Notes: generated by a model not told the origin, from the letters alone. A DNA stretch of 20,218 bases from Marine Group I thaumarchaeote (GCA_044358425.1 CP054849.1:556577-576794), one strand, 5' to 3'; counted from the first letter of the stretch, positions 9,471 through 17,580 are shown. Numbers and translations are program-made.

Positions 9471-9539
9471 TTAATTACCTCGCTAAGCAACAGACACTTT
9501 AATTTTTTTTTGTATATGAATAATTTCTAATATTTCCTA

Positions 9540-9551
9540 TAGTGCTAACAA
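9540..9551. promoter_or_regulatory. Operator copy 2 (TAGTGCTAACAA), centred between divergent promoters
   Basis: About 20 nt from TTCATATA (minus, 9520) and from TTAAAATA (plus, 9571); 49 nt from ATG 9600. Confidence 0.85.
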
Positions 9552-9599
9552 TTTAGATTTCATGCTTTTGTTAAAATACTAATTTTTTAAGAAAATTGT

Positions 9600-10280
9600 A
9601 TGAAAAAATTATTTTTATTAGTTTTTGTTATAATGTTAATTTCTATATCTCCTGCATATGGTCATAAATTAATTAGCCATGATGACTCTCATCGTGATTT
9701 TGATTCTGCATTAGTAATACCTGATCATAAAATTTCATGGGCAATTTATGAGAATCTAGGCATGGAAGAATCCAAGTTTTATACTTTTGATGCAAAAAAA
9801 GGTGATTCGTTTTATGCAAGTATTGTAATTCCAAATCTTGAAGGATTGGAAAGATATTCTCCTTCATTAATTCTAATGAATGATGATTTGTATAAAGGAG
9901 ATGGACCTTCTGCAAATATAGAATCCAGTGTTCAAAAATTTCTTTATGAAGGAGATTATCCTGGAAATGAATTTTACGAACCTTTTGGTCAGGTGACTTA
10001 TTGGGAGAGACAGGAGGTTAATACAATTATTCCTGAAGATGGACAATATTTTATTTTAGTATTAGATGAGAAAAATCAAAGTGGAAAATATAGTTTAGCT
10101 ATTGGTACTATTGAGGATTTCTCTGGTGCTGATTTTTTTACTATACTACCTAAAGCTTGGTTTGATACAAGAATTTTTGTAAATGATTATGCTGGACTTG
10201 GTATTGGAATTTCCATACTTGTTGGAATTCCTGTCATGTTATCGTTAATAATTTTGAGAAATAAAATATTTAGAAGATAA
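9600..10280 (+). CDS. Secreted, C-terminally membrane-anchored hypothetical protein
   Basis: Signal peptide ending AYG, His-rich mature N-terminus HKLISHDDSH, C-terminal TM helix with a basic tail. Confidence 0.8.
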   Translation: MKKLFLLVFVIMLISISPAYGHKLISHDDSHRDFDSALVIPDHKISWAIYENLGMEESKFYTFDAKKGDSFYASIVIPNLEGLERYSPSLILMNDDLYKGDGPSANIESSVQKFLYEGDYPGNEFYEPFGQVTYWERQEVNTIIPEDGQYFILVLDEKNQSGKYSLAIGTIEDFSGADFFTILPKAWFDTRIFVNDYAGLGIGISILVGIPVMLSLIILRNKIFRR

Positions 10281-10307
10281 GAAATAATAAAATTATTTTA
10301 AAATATT

Positions 10308-10490
10308 CTATTTTTTCTTGCTTCTAGGTTTTGTTCTTAACACTGCTTTGCAACAAATACATCTGACATCTTCGGAATCTAGAAAAATACCACAAAATGT
10401 GCAACGCTTTTGTCCTATCTCATACCTGATTTTATTAGGTACTGATTCAGCTTCATGTCTTTTGCATATGTTTCTACAAGTTCTACCCAA
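10308..10490 (-). CDS. Small Cys-rich (zinc-finger-like) basic protein
   Basis: CxxxC, CxxC and CICC, then LRTKPR; TTG start overlaps the tfb stop by 8 nt. Confidence 0.75.
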   Translation of the reverse strand: MGRTCRNICKRHEAESVPNKIRYEIGQKRCTFCGIFLDSEDVRCICCKAVLRTKPRSKKK

Positions 10491-11394
10491 CTTTTACATC
10501 TCCTATCTTGTTGACAATTTCTTTTCTTCTTTCTCTTATGGTCACAGCACTAATTCCTGATATTTTGGATATTTTTAGCTGTGATACTTTTTCAGCATTT
10601 GTTGTTGCGGCTAGATGTATTGCAGCTGCTGCCATAGCCATTGGATTTTTACTTGTGGATACGTGCTTTTTTGCACACATATCAAGTATTTTGAAGCTAA
10701 GTCTTTGTGTTTTTTCTGACAAAGTTAATCCCTTTGCGATTCTGGTGACAAATTCTGATGGTGTGTATGACTCAGGTGATATGTCCATCTCTTTTGCAAG
10801 GAATCTATATGTTCTTTGTAGAACTTTTTTCTTAATGTTTGCTGCATCAGAAATATCTTGTAGTGTTCTAGGTGTATCTGTAATTCTACATGTTGCATAA
10901 ATTGTAGCAGATAACATAGCTGCTGTTGATCTTCCTGCAAGTATTTTTCTTGCTGCAATTTTTCTAAACAAATATGCACTTTCTTCTACTACTGATTCAG
11001 GCAGACCTAGCTTTGAACTTATTGCATCAAGTAAAGTGAATGCTTTTTGAAATGATTTTGATGTCACAGCTGAGCGACTGTTTCTGTCCCACATTCTTAG
11101 TCTGTAAAACATTCGTCTGTTTTCTACTGACAGTGATTTGCCTGTCACGTCCTTATCTTTAGCTTCAATTAATGTAGACAGTCCCATGTCTATCATCTTC
11201 AAAGATCTTTTTGCTCCAACTCTTGAATTATTTTGATAATCTGCTGAACTTCCTCCTGACATTTCAGCACCTAAATCAATAATTGGTTCTGATGATACTA
11301 TTCCGCAGTTACTACATGCAATCTCCCCAGTATGTATGTCTGTAACTATTTCATGTTTCTTACAATTTTTTTGATGTACTAATTCAGTTAACAT
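10483..11394 (-). CDS. tfb: Transcription initiation factor B (TFB paralogue)
   Basis: Zn ribbon IVTDIHTGEIACSNCGIV, GLST, RLRMW, cyclin repeats with GRS...IYATCR...PRTL and ISAVTIRER. Confidence 0.95.
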   Translation of the reverse strand: MLTELVHQKNCKKHEIVTDIHTGEIACSNCGIVSSEPIIDLGAEMSGGSSADYQNNSRVGAKRSLKMIDMGLSTLIEAKDKDVTGKSLSVENRRMFYRLRMWDRNSRSAVTSKSFQKAFTLLDAISSKLGLPESVVEESAYLFRKIAARKILAGRSTAAMLSATIYATCRITDTPRTLQDISDAANIKKKVLQRTYRFLAKEMDISPESYTPSEFVTRIAKGLTLSEKTQRLSFKILDMCAKKHVSTSKNPMAMAAAAIHLAATTNAEKVSQLKISKISGISAVTIRERRKEIVNKIGDVKVG

Positions 11395-11442
11395 GATAAC
11401 TTTATGCTTTCATTTTATATAACAAATCAAAAAATTTTTTAC

Positions 11443-11454
11443 TAGTGCTAATAT
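11443..11454 (-). promoter_or_regulatory. Operator copy 3 (tfb promoter)
   Basis: TAGTGCTAA at 11443-11451, 49 nt from ATG 11394; TTATATA on the minus strand at 11422-11416. Confidence 0.88.
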
Positions 11455-11505
11455 CTCTAGTCATTAAAAATTATTTTCTACCTTTACCACTAGGAAATTG
11501 TGTTT

Positions 11506-11517
11506 TAGTTAGCACTA
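11506..11517 (+). promoter_or_regulatory. Operator copy 4 (TAGTTAGCACTA)
   Basis: Full consensus, 49 nt before ATG 11566; variant TTACCACTA at 11484-11492. Confidence 0.88.
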
Positions 11518-11565
11518 TTTACAAATTATTTTTGTATTTTTATCCAATGAATTTAACAGAAATTT

Positions 11566-11928
11566 ATGCCACATATTGTGTTGGATCGACAAATCAACCT
11601 CTTTGATTTCTCAATTTTGTTTAAACCATTATTTCAAAAATCTCCATTAATCAAAATTCATAAAATGTATGTTGATTCTGAAGGCTCTAATGCATTATTT
11701 TCAACAGTTGTAATAGATGATTCTCATCATGAATTCTTTATTCAAGTAATGACAAGTGATGAAAGAACTACAATTAGATTGCTCCCTATAACTGATCCAA
11801 AAAAGACTGATGCTGTAAAACAATCGTTAGCAAATTTATGTTTAGAAATACAAAGATATTATCCTGATATGAGAGTTATAAAATCAAATTTATGGGACTA
11901 CTTGAAAATCCCTATAACAAATGAGTAA
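11566..11928 (+). CDS. Hypothetical protein
   Basis: 120-aa ORF overlapping the next gene by 8 nt; no family recognised. Confidence 0.75.
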   Translation: MPHIVLDRQINLFDFSILFKPLFQKSPLIKIHKMYVDSEGSNALFSTVVIDDSHHEFFIQVMTSDERTTIRLLPITDPKKTDAVKQSLANLCLEIQRYYPDMRVIKSNLWDYLKIPITNE

Positions 11929-12367
11929 ATTCAATCTTGTTAAAAAAAGTAATCTTCATCGTGATTTAATTTTTAAAATTAGTACAGATGTTGAAAACTT
12001 TCATAACGTTATGCCTGAATATTTCAAATCATTAAAAATTATTCAAAATTCCTCAAATGAAAAAATAGTTTTAGAATCTATAGATTTTCTTGGTAGAAAA
12101 ATAGAAATTAAAACAAAACATGTGATTATTCCACCAAATTTACATGAGGTATTCATTTTAAATGGTCCTGCAAAAGGTACTTCTTTTATTGAAAAATACG
12201 AATCTAACCCAACTGGTACTGATATTTCTATCTCTGTTGATTTGAAATTAAATGGATTTTTAAAATTAATTCCATTCCTGAAATTATTATTGTTTAAGAA
12301 AATGAATTCGGTAATGTCTGAGTTTATTGTATGTGCTGAATCCTATTCAAAGTCTGTTTCAAAATAG
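11921..12367 (+). CDS. SRPBCC / START-like (polyketide cyclase family) protein
   Basis: 148 aa; IFKISTDVENFHNVMPEYFKS, ILNGPAKG, GTDISISVDL and a C-terminal helix. Confidence 0.75.
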   Translation: MSKFNLVKKSNLHRDLIFKISTDVENFHNVMPEYFKSLKIIQNSSNEKIVLESIDFLGRKIEIKTKHVIIPPNLHEVFILNGPAKGTSFIEKYESNPTGTDISISVDLKLNGFLKLIPFLKLLLFKKMNSVMSEFIVCAESYSKSVSK

Positions 12368-12376
12368 TTAGCACTA
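12365..12376 (+). promoter_or_regulatory. Operator copy 5 (AATAGT-TAGC-ACTATT when extended)
   Basis: Full consensus with 6-bp perfect arms (12363-12378); TTAAATA at 12397; ATG at 12425, 49 nt away. Overlaps the upstream stop codon. Confidence 0.9.
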
Positions 12377-12424
12377 TTAAATTAAGTTAGTCTCTATTAA
12401 ATAGAAAAATTATTGATTTTAGCC

Positions 12425-13771
12425 ATGAGTCCTCCAACCATTGTTATTGGTGCAGGCGTGGGTGGCTTGACTACTGGTGCTATTTTGGCAGAAAAAGGTC
12501 ATAGTGTGATGATTTTAGAAAAATCTTCAAAACTAGGTGGAAGAACTGCTGCAATGGAATACAAAAACCATATTTTGGATAATGGTTTTCACATAATGCC
12601 TTTTTACAAAAAATCAGCAATTTTTACAATTATGAAGAATTTGGGAATTGAATCTCGTTTGAAGCTTGCAAAAGTTGATGATATTGCATTTTATGCTGAA
12701 ACTGGTTTTCATATATATCCAAAAGGAATGGGTGATCTGTTAAAATTATCATTAATCCCATTTAAGAGCAGAATTAGACTTCTAAAACTATTATTGCCTT
12801 TAGCATTTTCATCTATGGAAAAAACAGAATCCTGGGATGATGTACCTTTGACTAAAATTACACATGATTTAGATGCTGACACAAATGCATTTTTTGAAGC
12901 AGTATGTATGTTAGCTTTTGCAGATACAGCTGATCATATTTCTTTAGGTGAATTTGCCAGAACCATTATTAGAGCAAATCCGTTTAAAGGTGGAACAAGT
13001 GAATTTGCTTATCCAGATGGAGGTGGCTATGATTCCATCTGTAAGGTTCTTGGTGAATATATTTTAGAAAAAAATGGTGATATTCAGACAAAACAATCTG
13101 TAAAAAAAGTCATTGTAGAAAATTCTAAGGTTACTGGAGTTATTGTAAAGGATTCTTCAAATTCAGAAAAACTTATTCCAACAAATTCTGTAGTGATTTC
13201 CTATCCTGCTTATACTGCATTGAATCAACTATTTGATGAAGATGTAATTGACAGAAAATTTGTTCAAAAAATTGATAAATTGAATAAGACTACTTCTGTA
13301 GTTGAAGTTCATTTTGCATTAAATTCTCAAATTGATACTCGTCAGGTAGTTTTTCCTGTTGGTGATAACTATGTCACAAAAGGTATTTTTTTCATATCTA
13401 ATATCACTCCCTCTGTATCTCCTAAAGGTGAGCATTTGATCATTGCAGGAACTCCTGTATTGCCTTCTGAAACTGAGGATTCTGAAAAAATTAAAAGTAT
13501 TGTGAGTAAAATGAAACAAGAAATATCGTCAATCTACCCGAAATTTGATTCTTCATTATTGTGGGAACGTCCAATGGCCTGGAAATTAGTTGAATCTGTA
13601 GTAAAGGAACCTGGAAAAGTTTGGAAATCAAAAATGCCTCATCAGATACCTGGAATTGATGGCTTATTTTTTGTGGGTGATTCAACTATTAGTTATGGAA
13701 TTGGAACTGACTCTGCTGCACACAGTTCTATTTTGTGTACTCCAAAAATTGAATCTTTTTTAAATTCCTAG
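12425..13771 (+). CDS. FAD-dependent oxidoreductase, phytoene dehydrogenase / amine oxidase superfamily
   Basis: VIGAGVGGL...ILEKSSKLGGR...LDNGFH; YPDGG; C-terminal IDGLFFVGD. Start placed at ATG 12425. Substrate unknown. Confidence 0.88.
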   Translation: MSPPTIVIGAGVGGLTTGAILAEKGHSVMILEKSSKLGGRTAAMEYKNHILDNGFHIMPFYKKSAIFTIMKNLGIESRLKLAKVDDIAFYAETGFHIYPKGMGDLLKLSLIPFKSRIRLLKLLLPLAFSSMEKTESWDDVPLTKITHDLDADTNAFFEAVCMLAFADTADHISLGEFARTIIRANPFKGGTSEFAYPDGGGYDSICKVLGEYILEKNGDIQTKQSVKKVIVENSKVTGVIVKDSSNSEKLIPTNSVVISYPAYTALNQLFDEDVIDRKFVQKIDKLNKTTSVVEVHFALNSQIDTRQVVFPVGDNYVTKGIFFISNITPSVSPKGEHLIIAGTPVLPSETEDSEKIKSIVSKMKQEISSIYPKFDSSLLWERPMAWKLVESVVKEPGKVWKSKMPHQIPGIDGLFFVGDSTISYGIGTDSAAHSSILCTPKIESFLNS

Positions 13772-14622
13772 TTAGTTAATGGTATTTTTCTAATAATTTT
13801 TGGAATCTCTTCTAAACTCATATCGCCTACCACATTACCCTCAAATTTTGGTGGGTTGTCTTGTTGTAATGCATATCCTCCGATTAAAATTGGTGTTTTA
13901 CAATGTTCTCTAATTTTTTTTGCTAGTCTTTGTCCTGCAGATACGTTATCTTCAATTGTTATTGAAATTAAAATTACATCTGGTTTTTTCATATTGATAA
14001 ATTCGATAATTGAGTCTGTTGGAATGGATGTTCCCATATTGAAAACTTTGAAACCTTTTATTGTAAGATATGTTTCCAACACATCACATCCCATGTGGTG
14101 CTCCTCTCCAACTGGTACGCATAACATTACTTTCTTTTTATTTCCTGTACCTGACACTTGATCCATGATAATTTTTACTAAGGTTTGTGCTACATTACTG
14201 GCAACATGTTCTGTTGCAATTGCTAATTTACCATTTTCCCAGTCTGAACCTATTTTGCTCATTACAGGTCTTAGAATCTTGTCAAAAAAGTCTGGTACAT
14301 TAAATATGTCCACGTAATTTTTATAAATTTTAATACACTCATCCAGGTTACCATCTGTCAATTTTTTAAATAATTGTTGTTTTGATTTTTTTGTCGCATC
14401 TTCTCTTTTTTTTATGTCTTCTGGATTATATGATGCCAAAACTGATAGGATTTTGGGATCATTTCTGAATTCTTCTGGAATGTCATCTTTTATTACTTCT
14501 GATGCTTTTCCTAGATATTTGACAATCTCCTGTTTTGATGTGCTCTTTTTTGAATCCCAGACACTTTTTACTAAATAGAGATATTGATCTGATTTGACTT
14601 TTTTAGCCCTAATGTAGACCAT
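13768..14622 (-). CDS. Cobalamin-binding regulator, CarH/LitR-like sensor domain with an atypical N-terminal domain
   Basis: W-ENGKLAIAT-EH (Wx9EH), GEEHHMG (ExHxxG), Rossmann tail ISIT...ILIGG. Start reassigned to MVYIRAKK (14622) because a TATA box and the motif occupy 14643-14682. Confidence 0.88.
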   Translation of the reverse strand: MVYIRAKKVKSDQYLYLVKSVWDSKKSTSKQEIVKYLGKASEVIKDDIPEEFRNDPKILSVLASYNPEDIKKREDATKKSKQQLFKKLTDGNLDECIKIYKNYVDIFNVPDFFDKILRPVMSKIGSDWENGKLAIATEHVASNVAQTLVKIIMDQVSGTGNKKKVMLCVPVGEEHHMGCDVLETYLTIKGFKVFNMGTSIPTDSIIEFINMKKPDVILISITIEDNVSAGQRLAKKIREHCKTPILIGGYALQQDNPPKFEGNVVGDMSLEEIPKIIRKIPLTN

Positions 14623-14670
14623 TAAAATTCCTAATTTTTTCGATATATAACTAATGGTAATCATGACTAC

Positions 14671-14682
14671 TAGTGCCAATCT
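14671..14682 (-). promoter_or_regulatory. Operator copy 6 (one mismatch, TAGTGCCAA), promoter of the B12-binding regulator
   Basis: 49 nt from ATG 14622; TTATATAT on the minus strand at 14650-14643. Confidence 0.8.
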
Positions 14683-14696
14683 CTTCTAAATTTAAT

Positions 14697-14708
14697 TTCT
14701 TAGCACTA
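14697..14708 (+). promoter_or_regulatory. Operator copy 7
   Basis: TTAGCACTA at 14700-14708; TTAAATA at 14729; ATG at 14757, 49 nt away. Confidence 0.88.
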
Positions 14709-14756
14709 GTACGAACTTGTGTTTTCGGTTAAATATCATAAATCAAAAATATTTTC

Positions 14757-14954
14757 ATGGCAGGAACAGAAGAACAAGAATGGGCTAACCTTCTTGCAGA
14801 AATCTTTGACAAACTTACACAAAAACACGCCGCAATTACTTATGAGTTTGACAATCTAGAAATGGCTGGTAAGATTATGAAAGATAAGCAAGTTGTCCCA
14901 ACTGGTACAGTTTCCCTAAGTGGAAAACTAACCATTACAGCAAAAGAAAAATAG
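14757..14954 (+). CDS. Small hypothetical protein
   Basis: 65 aa, first gene of a tightly packed three-gene operon. Confidence 0.8.
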   Translation: MAGTEEQEWANLLAEIFDKLTQKHAAITYEFDNLEMAGKIMKDKQVVPTGTVSLSGKLTITAKEK

Positions 14955-14955
14955 A

Positions 14956-15333
14956 GTGTGGTTGACAATGAAAGATTTTGATCTACCCGCCAATTTTTTA
15001 TCTTATCTAGATAAAGGTAAATTAAGCATCACATGCAATGATGAACCTACGATTAATTTTCGTGTTGAAGGAAGTACAAAAATTATAGATGTAATTGATA
15101 TTCCAATTAAAATAAATAAAATGCCTGGATTTCTAAAACAGCTTTCTGAAGCAAAAGAACTTGCAAAAGATTTGGCAAAGAAAAAAACAACTATTGAAGT
15201 ACGTTTGAAAGGTGATACTGTATTGAAACTAGGTGAAAAAGCAAATCCAAAATTAGCAAAAATTGTAACACGAAGTAGTGATATTGAAATCACTGACATA
15301 AGAAAATTGAAAAAATTGAGTGATGTATTTTAA
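14956..15333 (+). CDS. Hypothetical basic protein (start may be ATG 14968)
   Basis: ORF fills the gap between its neighbours with 1-2 nt spacing. Confidence 0.75.
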   Translation: MWLTMKDFDLPANFLSYLDKGKLSITCNDEPTINFRVEGSTKIIDVIDIPIKINKMPGFLKQLSEAKELAKDLAKKKTTIEVRLKGDTVLKLGEKANPKLAKIVTRSSDIEITDIRKLKKLSDVF

Positions 15334-15335
15334 AA

Positions 15336-16763
15336 ATGTCTGAACTTTCTACACAAACTAAACCCTACGATATTTTAGTTACTGGTGCAAGTGGTTTTAT
15401 TGGAAAAAAACTACTTAATCAATTAACTAATTCTGGATTTACTGTAACTGCAATGTCCAGATCAAAATACCCTGATTCAGAGAAAATCAAGCGTGTACAG
15501 GCTGATGCATTTGATGTTGATTCTTTAACTAAAGCTACTGAGGGAATTACAACTGCATTTTACTTACTTCATTCTATGGAAGGCTCAAAAAAGGAATGGG
15601 GTGAATTTGCAAATAGGGAAAAACAGCAGGCTCAAAATTTTCTTAAAGCTGCAACTGCATCTGGCGTAAAGAGAATCATATATCTCGGTGGATTAGTCAA
15701 CGAAGGTCTAGAATTATCAAAACATATGAAAAGTAGGCATGATGTGGGCAAGATTTTGGCAAGTGGAAATATTCCTGTCACTGAATTAAGAGCATCTGTT
15801 ATTGTTGGAGCTGAAGGTGGTTCTTATGCCATGCTTAGATATCTTGTTGAAAGATTACCTTTGATGGTTTGTCCAAAATGGGTTAAATCACAAACACAAC
15901 CAATTGCAGTTGAAAATGTTGTGGATTATTTGATAGGTTCGATGAAAAATCCAGAAACTACAGGAAAAATTTTAGAAATTGGTGGACCTGATATCATGAC
16001 ATATGAACAACTAATGAGATTATACTCTTCCATTCTCAATAGAAATCTAACCGTAATTCAGATTCCATTTTTGACCCCTAGACTTTCTTCTTATTGGATT
16101 GATTTAGTTACTCCAGTTAAAGCCTCTCTAGCAAGACCTCTAGTTGATAGTTTAGTACATGATTCTGTAGTTAAAGATGATACAGCACAAAAATTGATTC
16201 CAATTCAATTGGCACACATGACTCAAGCAATTCAAACTGCTAGAGAAGAAGCAAAAGTTTTCAACTCCATTTCTAAATCAGAGGGAGAAAAAACTTCGTA
16301 TAAAATGAATCAACAAATTCTTCTAATTACTTTATGTGCCATGGCTTTCATTGGTACAACATACTATTGGTTGGATGATCGAAGTGATGTTTGGCAGATT
16401 ACTTGGATAGTTGGTTCCGTAATTTGGTATGCTTCAATTTTATTTGCTATTTCATTTGTGAGACAAAAAGCCAGGTTGGGTTATTTGATAGGTGGAATTT
16501 TGGCTTGGGTTACTCTGGCATTTTGGTTATTTGATAACTTTCATGTTGTATTTGAGCTCTCATTGGTCGCATCTGAACCTAGTTTGGAAATTACAATTAG
16601 AAATTTCATTGGTGCAGCAATTGCTGGATTGGCTATATTCTCCTCACATAATGTATTTCATAAAGTACGAGTTTACCAAGCCCGAGGAAAACCTGTATCT
16701 GAATCTGCCTCTTCAGAGGTGCCTGAAGGTGCTAGACCGGTTTATAATACTGACTTTTCATAA
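15336..16763 (+). CDS. YbjT-like atypical SDR / NAD(P)-dependent epimerase fused to a four-TM C-terminal domain
   Basis: ILVTGASGFIG, YLLHSM, IIYLGGL, LSKHMKSR, TQPIA, TPRLSSYW; about four hydrophobic helices after residue 325. Confidence 0.85.
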   Translation: MSELSTQTKPYDILVTGASGFIGKKLLNQLTNSGFTVTAMSRSKYPDSEKIKRVQADAFDVDSLTKATEGITTAFYLLHSMEGSKKEWGEFANREKQQAQNFLKAATASGVKRIIYLGGLVNEGLELSKHMKSRHDVGKILASGNIPVTELRASVIVGAEGGSYAMLRYLVERLPLMVCPKWVKSQTQPIAVENVVDYLIGSMKNPETTGKILEIGGPDIMTYEQLMRLYSSILNRNLTVIQIPFLTPRLSSYWIDLVTPVKASLARPLVDSLVHDSVVKDDTAQKLIPIQLAHMTQAIQTAREEAKVFNSISKSEGEKTSYKMNQQILLITLCAMAFIGTTYYWLDDRSDVWQITWIVGSVIWYASILFAISFVRQKARLGYLIGGILAWVTLAFWLFDNFHVVFELSLVASEPSLEITIRNFIGAAIAGLAIFSSHNVFHKVRVYQARGKPVSESASSEVPEGARPVYNTDFS

Positions 16764-16775
16764 TTGAATGATTTT

Positions 16776-16877
16776 TTAATTATTTCTACACTCAATACAT
16801 AATTTGGTATTTTTCATTATATTACATGCACAAATTTTATGACAATTTTCACATTGCAACATTCTCACACCGAACAT
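16776..16877 (-). CDS. Putative 33-aa Cys-rich microprotein
   Basis: Manual translation: MFGVRMLQCENCHKICACNIMKNTKLCIECRNN. TTATAAT on the minus strand 30 nt upstream. Confidence 0.55.
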   Translation of the reverse strand: MFGVRMLQCENCHKICACNIMKNTKLCIECRNN

Positions 16878-16977
16878 ATGAAATTTAATTTAATGAATTA
16901 ATTATAAGCATAGGTTTTATTCTAAGTTTTTATTCTAACTTTGTATTTATTCTATTAATATTTTCAAAATGATTTGT

Positions 16978-17499
16978 TTATTTTTGATTTTCTAAAATTT
17001 TGAATATATTTCCATTTGCTGGATTAGAATATAGTAGAAAGTATGTTTGTCCGGCAAGATATGTTTTATTAAATCTGAATACTATTGGATGAATTTCTGC
17101 AAGGATTTCTCCGACTGTGATTGTTTCATTTTTATAATTTTTTAATAAATCAAAAAATTTGTCTCTTTCTAGATGAGTAAACTCCTTGGAAAAAAAACCA
17201 AAAATATGCATTATTACGTTGCTATGTGTTTTGATTGTAGGTTTAAACTGTAAACATAAACTGAGATTTTTTTCATACTCTACTAACATTTCTGAAAATT
17301 TTACTTTTTTATTACTGGCCACAATCCTGCCTAATACTTTGAGTTCTTCTTGATTGTGAGCCATAATCAAAAACTTATTCATTGCTTGAAATTCAACTAA
17401 TTCCTTTATTTTGTTACTTTTTTTTACGTTTTGAAATCTTTCTAGAACAAATTCTTTGATTTCTTTTTGAGTTAACACTTTGTGATAGTTTTGCATCAT
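16978..17499 (-). CDS. YbgA family (DUF1722) protein, stand-alone
   Basis: NKFLIMAHNQ...LGRIVA...THSNVIMHIFGFFSK...YLAGQTYF matches the DUF1722 pattern as I recall it. Confidence 0.8.
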   Translation of the reverse strand: MMQNYHKVLTQKEIKEFVLERFQNVKKSNKIKELVEFQAMNKFLIMAHNQEELKVLGRIVASNKKVKFSEMLVEYEKNLSLCLQFKPTIKTHSNVIMHIFGFFSKEFTHLERDKFFDLLKNYKNETITVGEILAEIHPIVFRFNKTYLAGQTYFLLYSNPANGNIFKILENQK

Positions 17500-17580
17500 G
17501 ATTTCATCCTTTTATTTCCGTAGATTGACATACACGATGATCGATTATAATTTGCATATAAACAACTCCTAGTCGATTAG

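Noticed and set aside
12425-13771. Naming the gene crtI
   Set aside because: Only superfamily-level motifs are visible, and no carotenoid pathway partners are in the window.
13768-14622. Methionine synthase or corrinoid methyltransferase, or an IS element
   Set aside because: It has ExH plus Wx9EH in place of DxH, no methyltransferase partner nearby, no DDE domain and no terminal inverted repeats.
14623-14679. 19-residue N-terminal extension of the B12-binding ORF; similar extensions at 12413, 17657 and 18671
   Set aside because: These are non-ATG starts that overlap TATA/operator sequence or break the 49-50 nt spacing seen at the other promoters.
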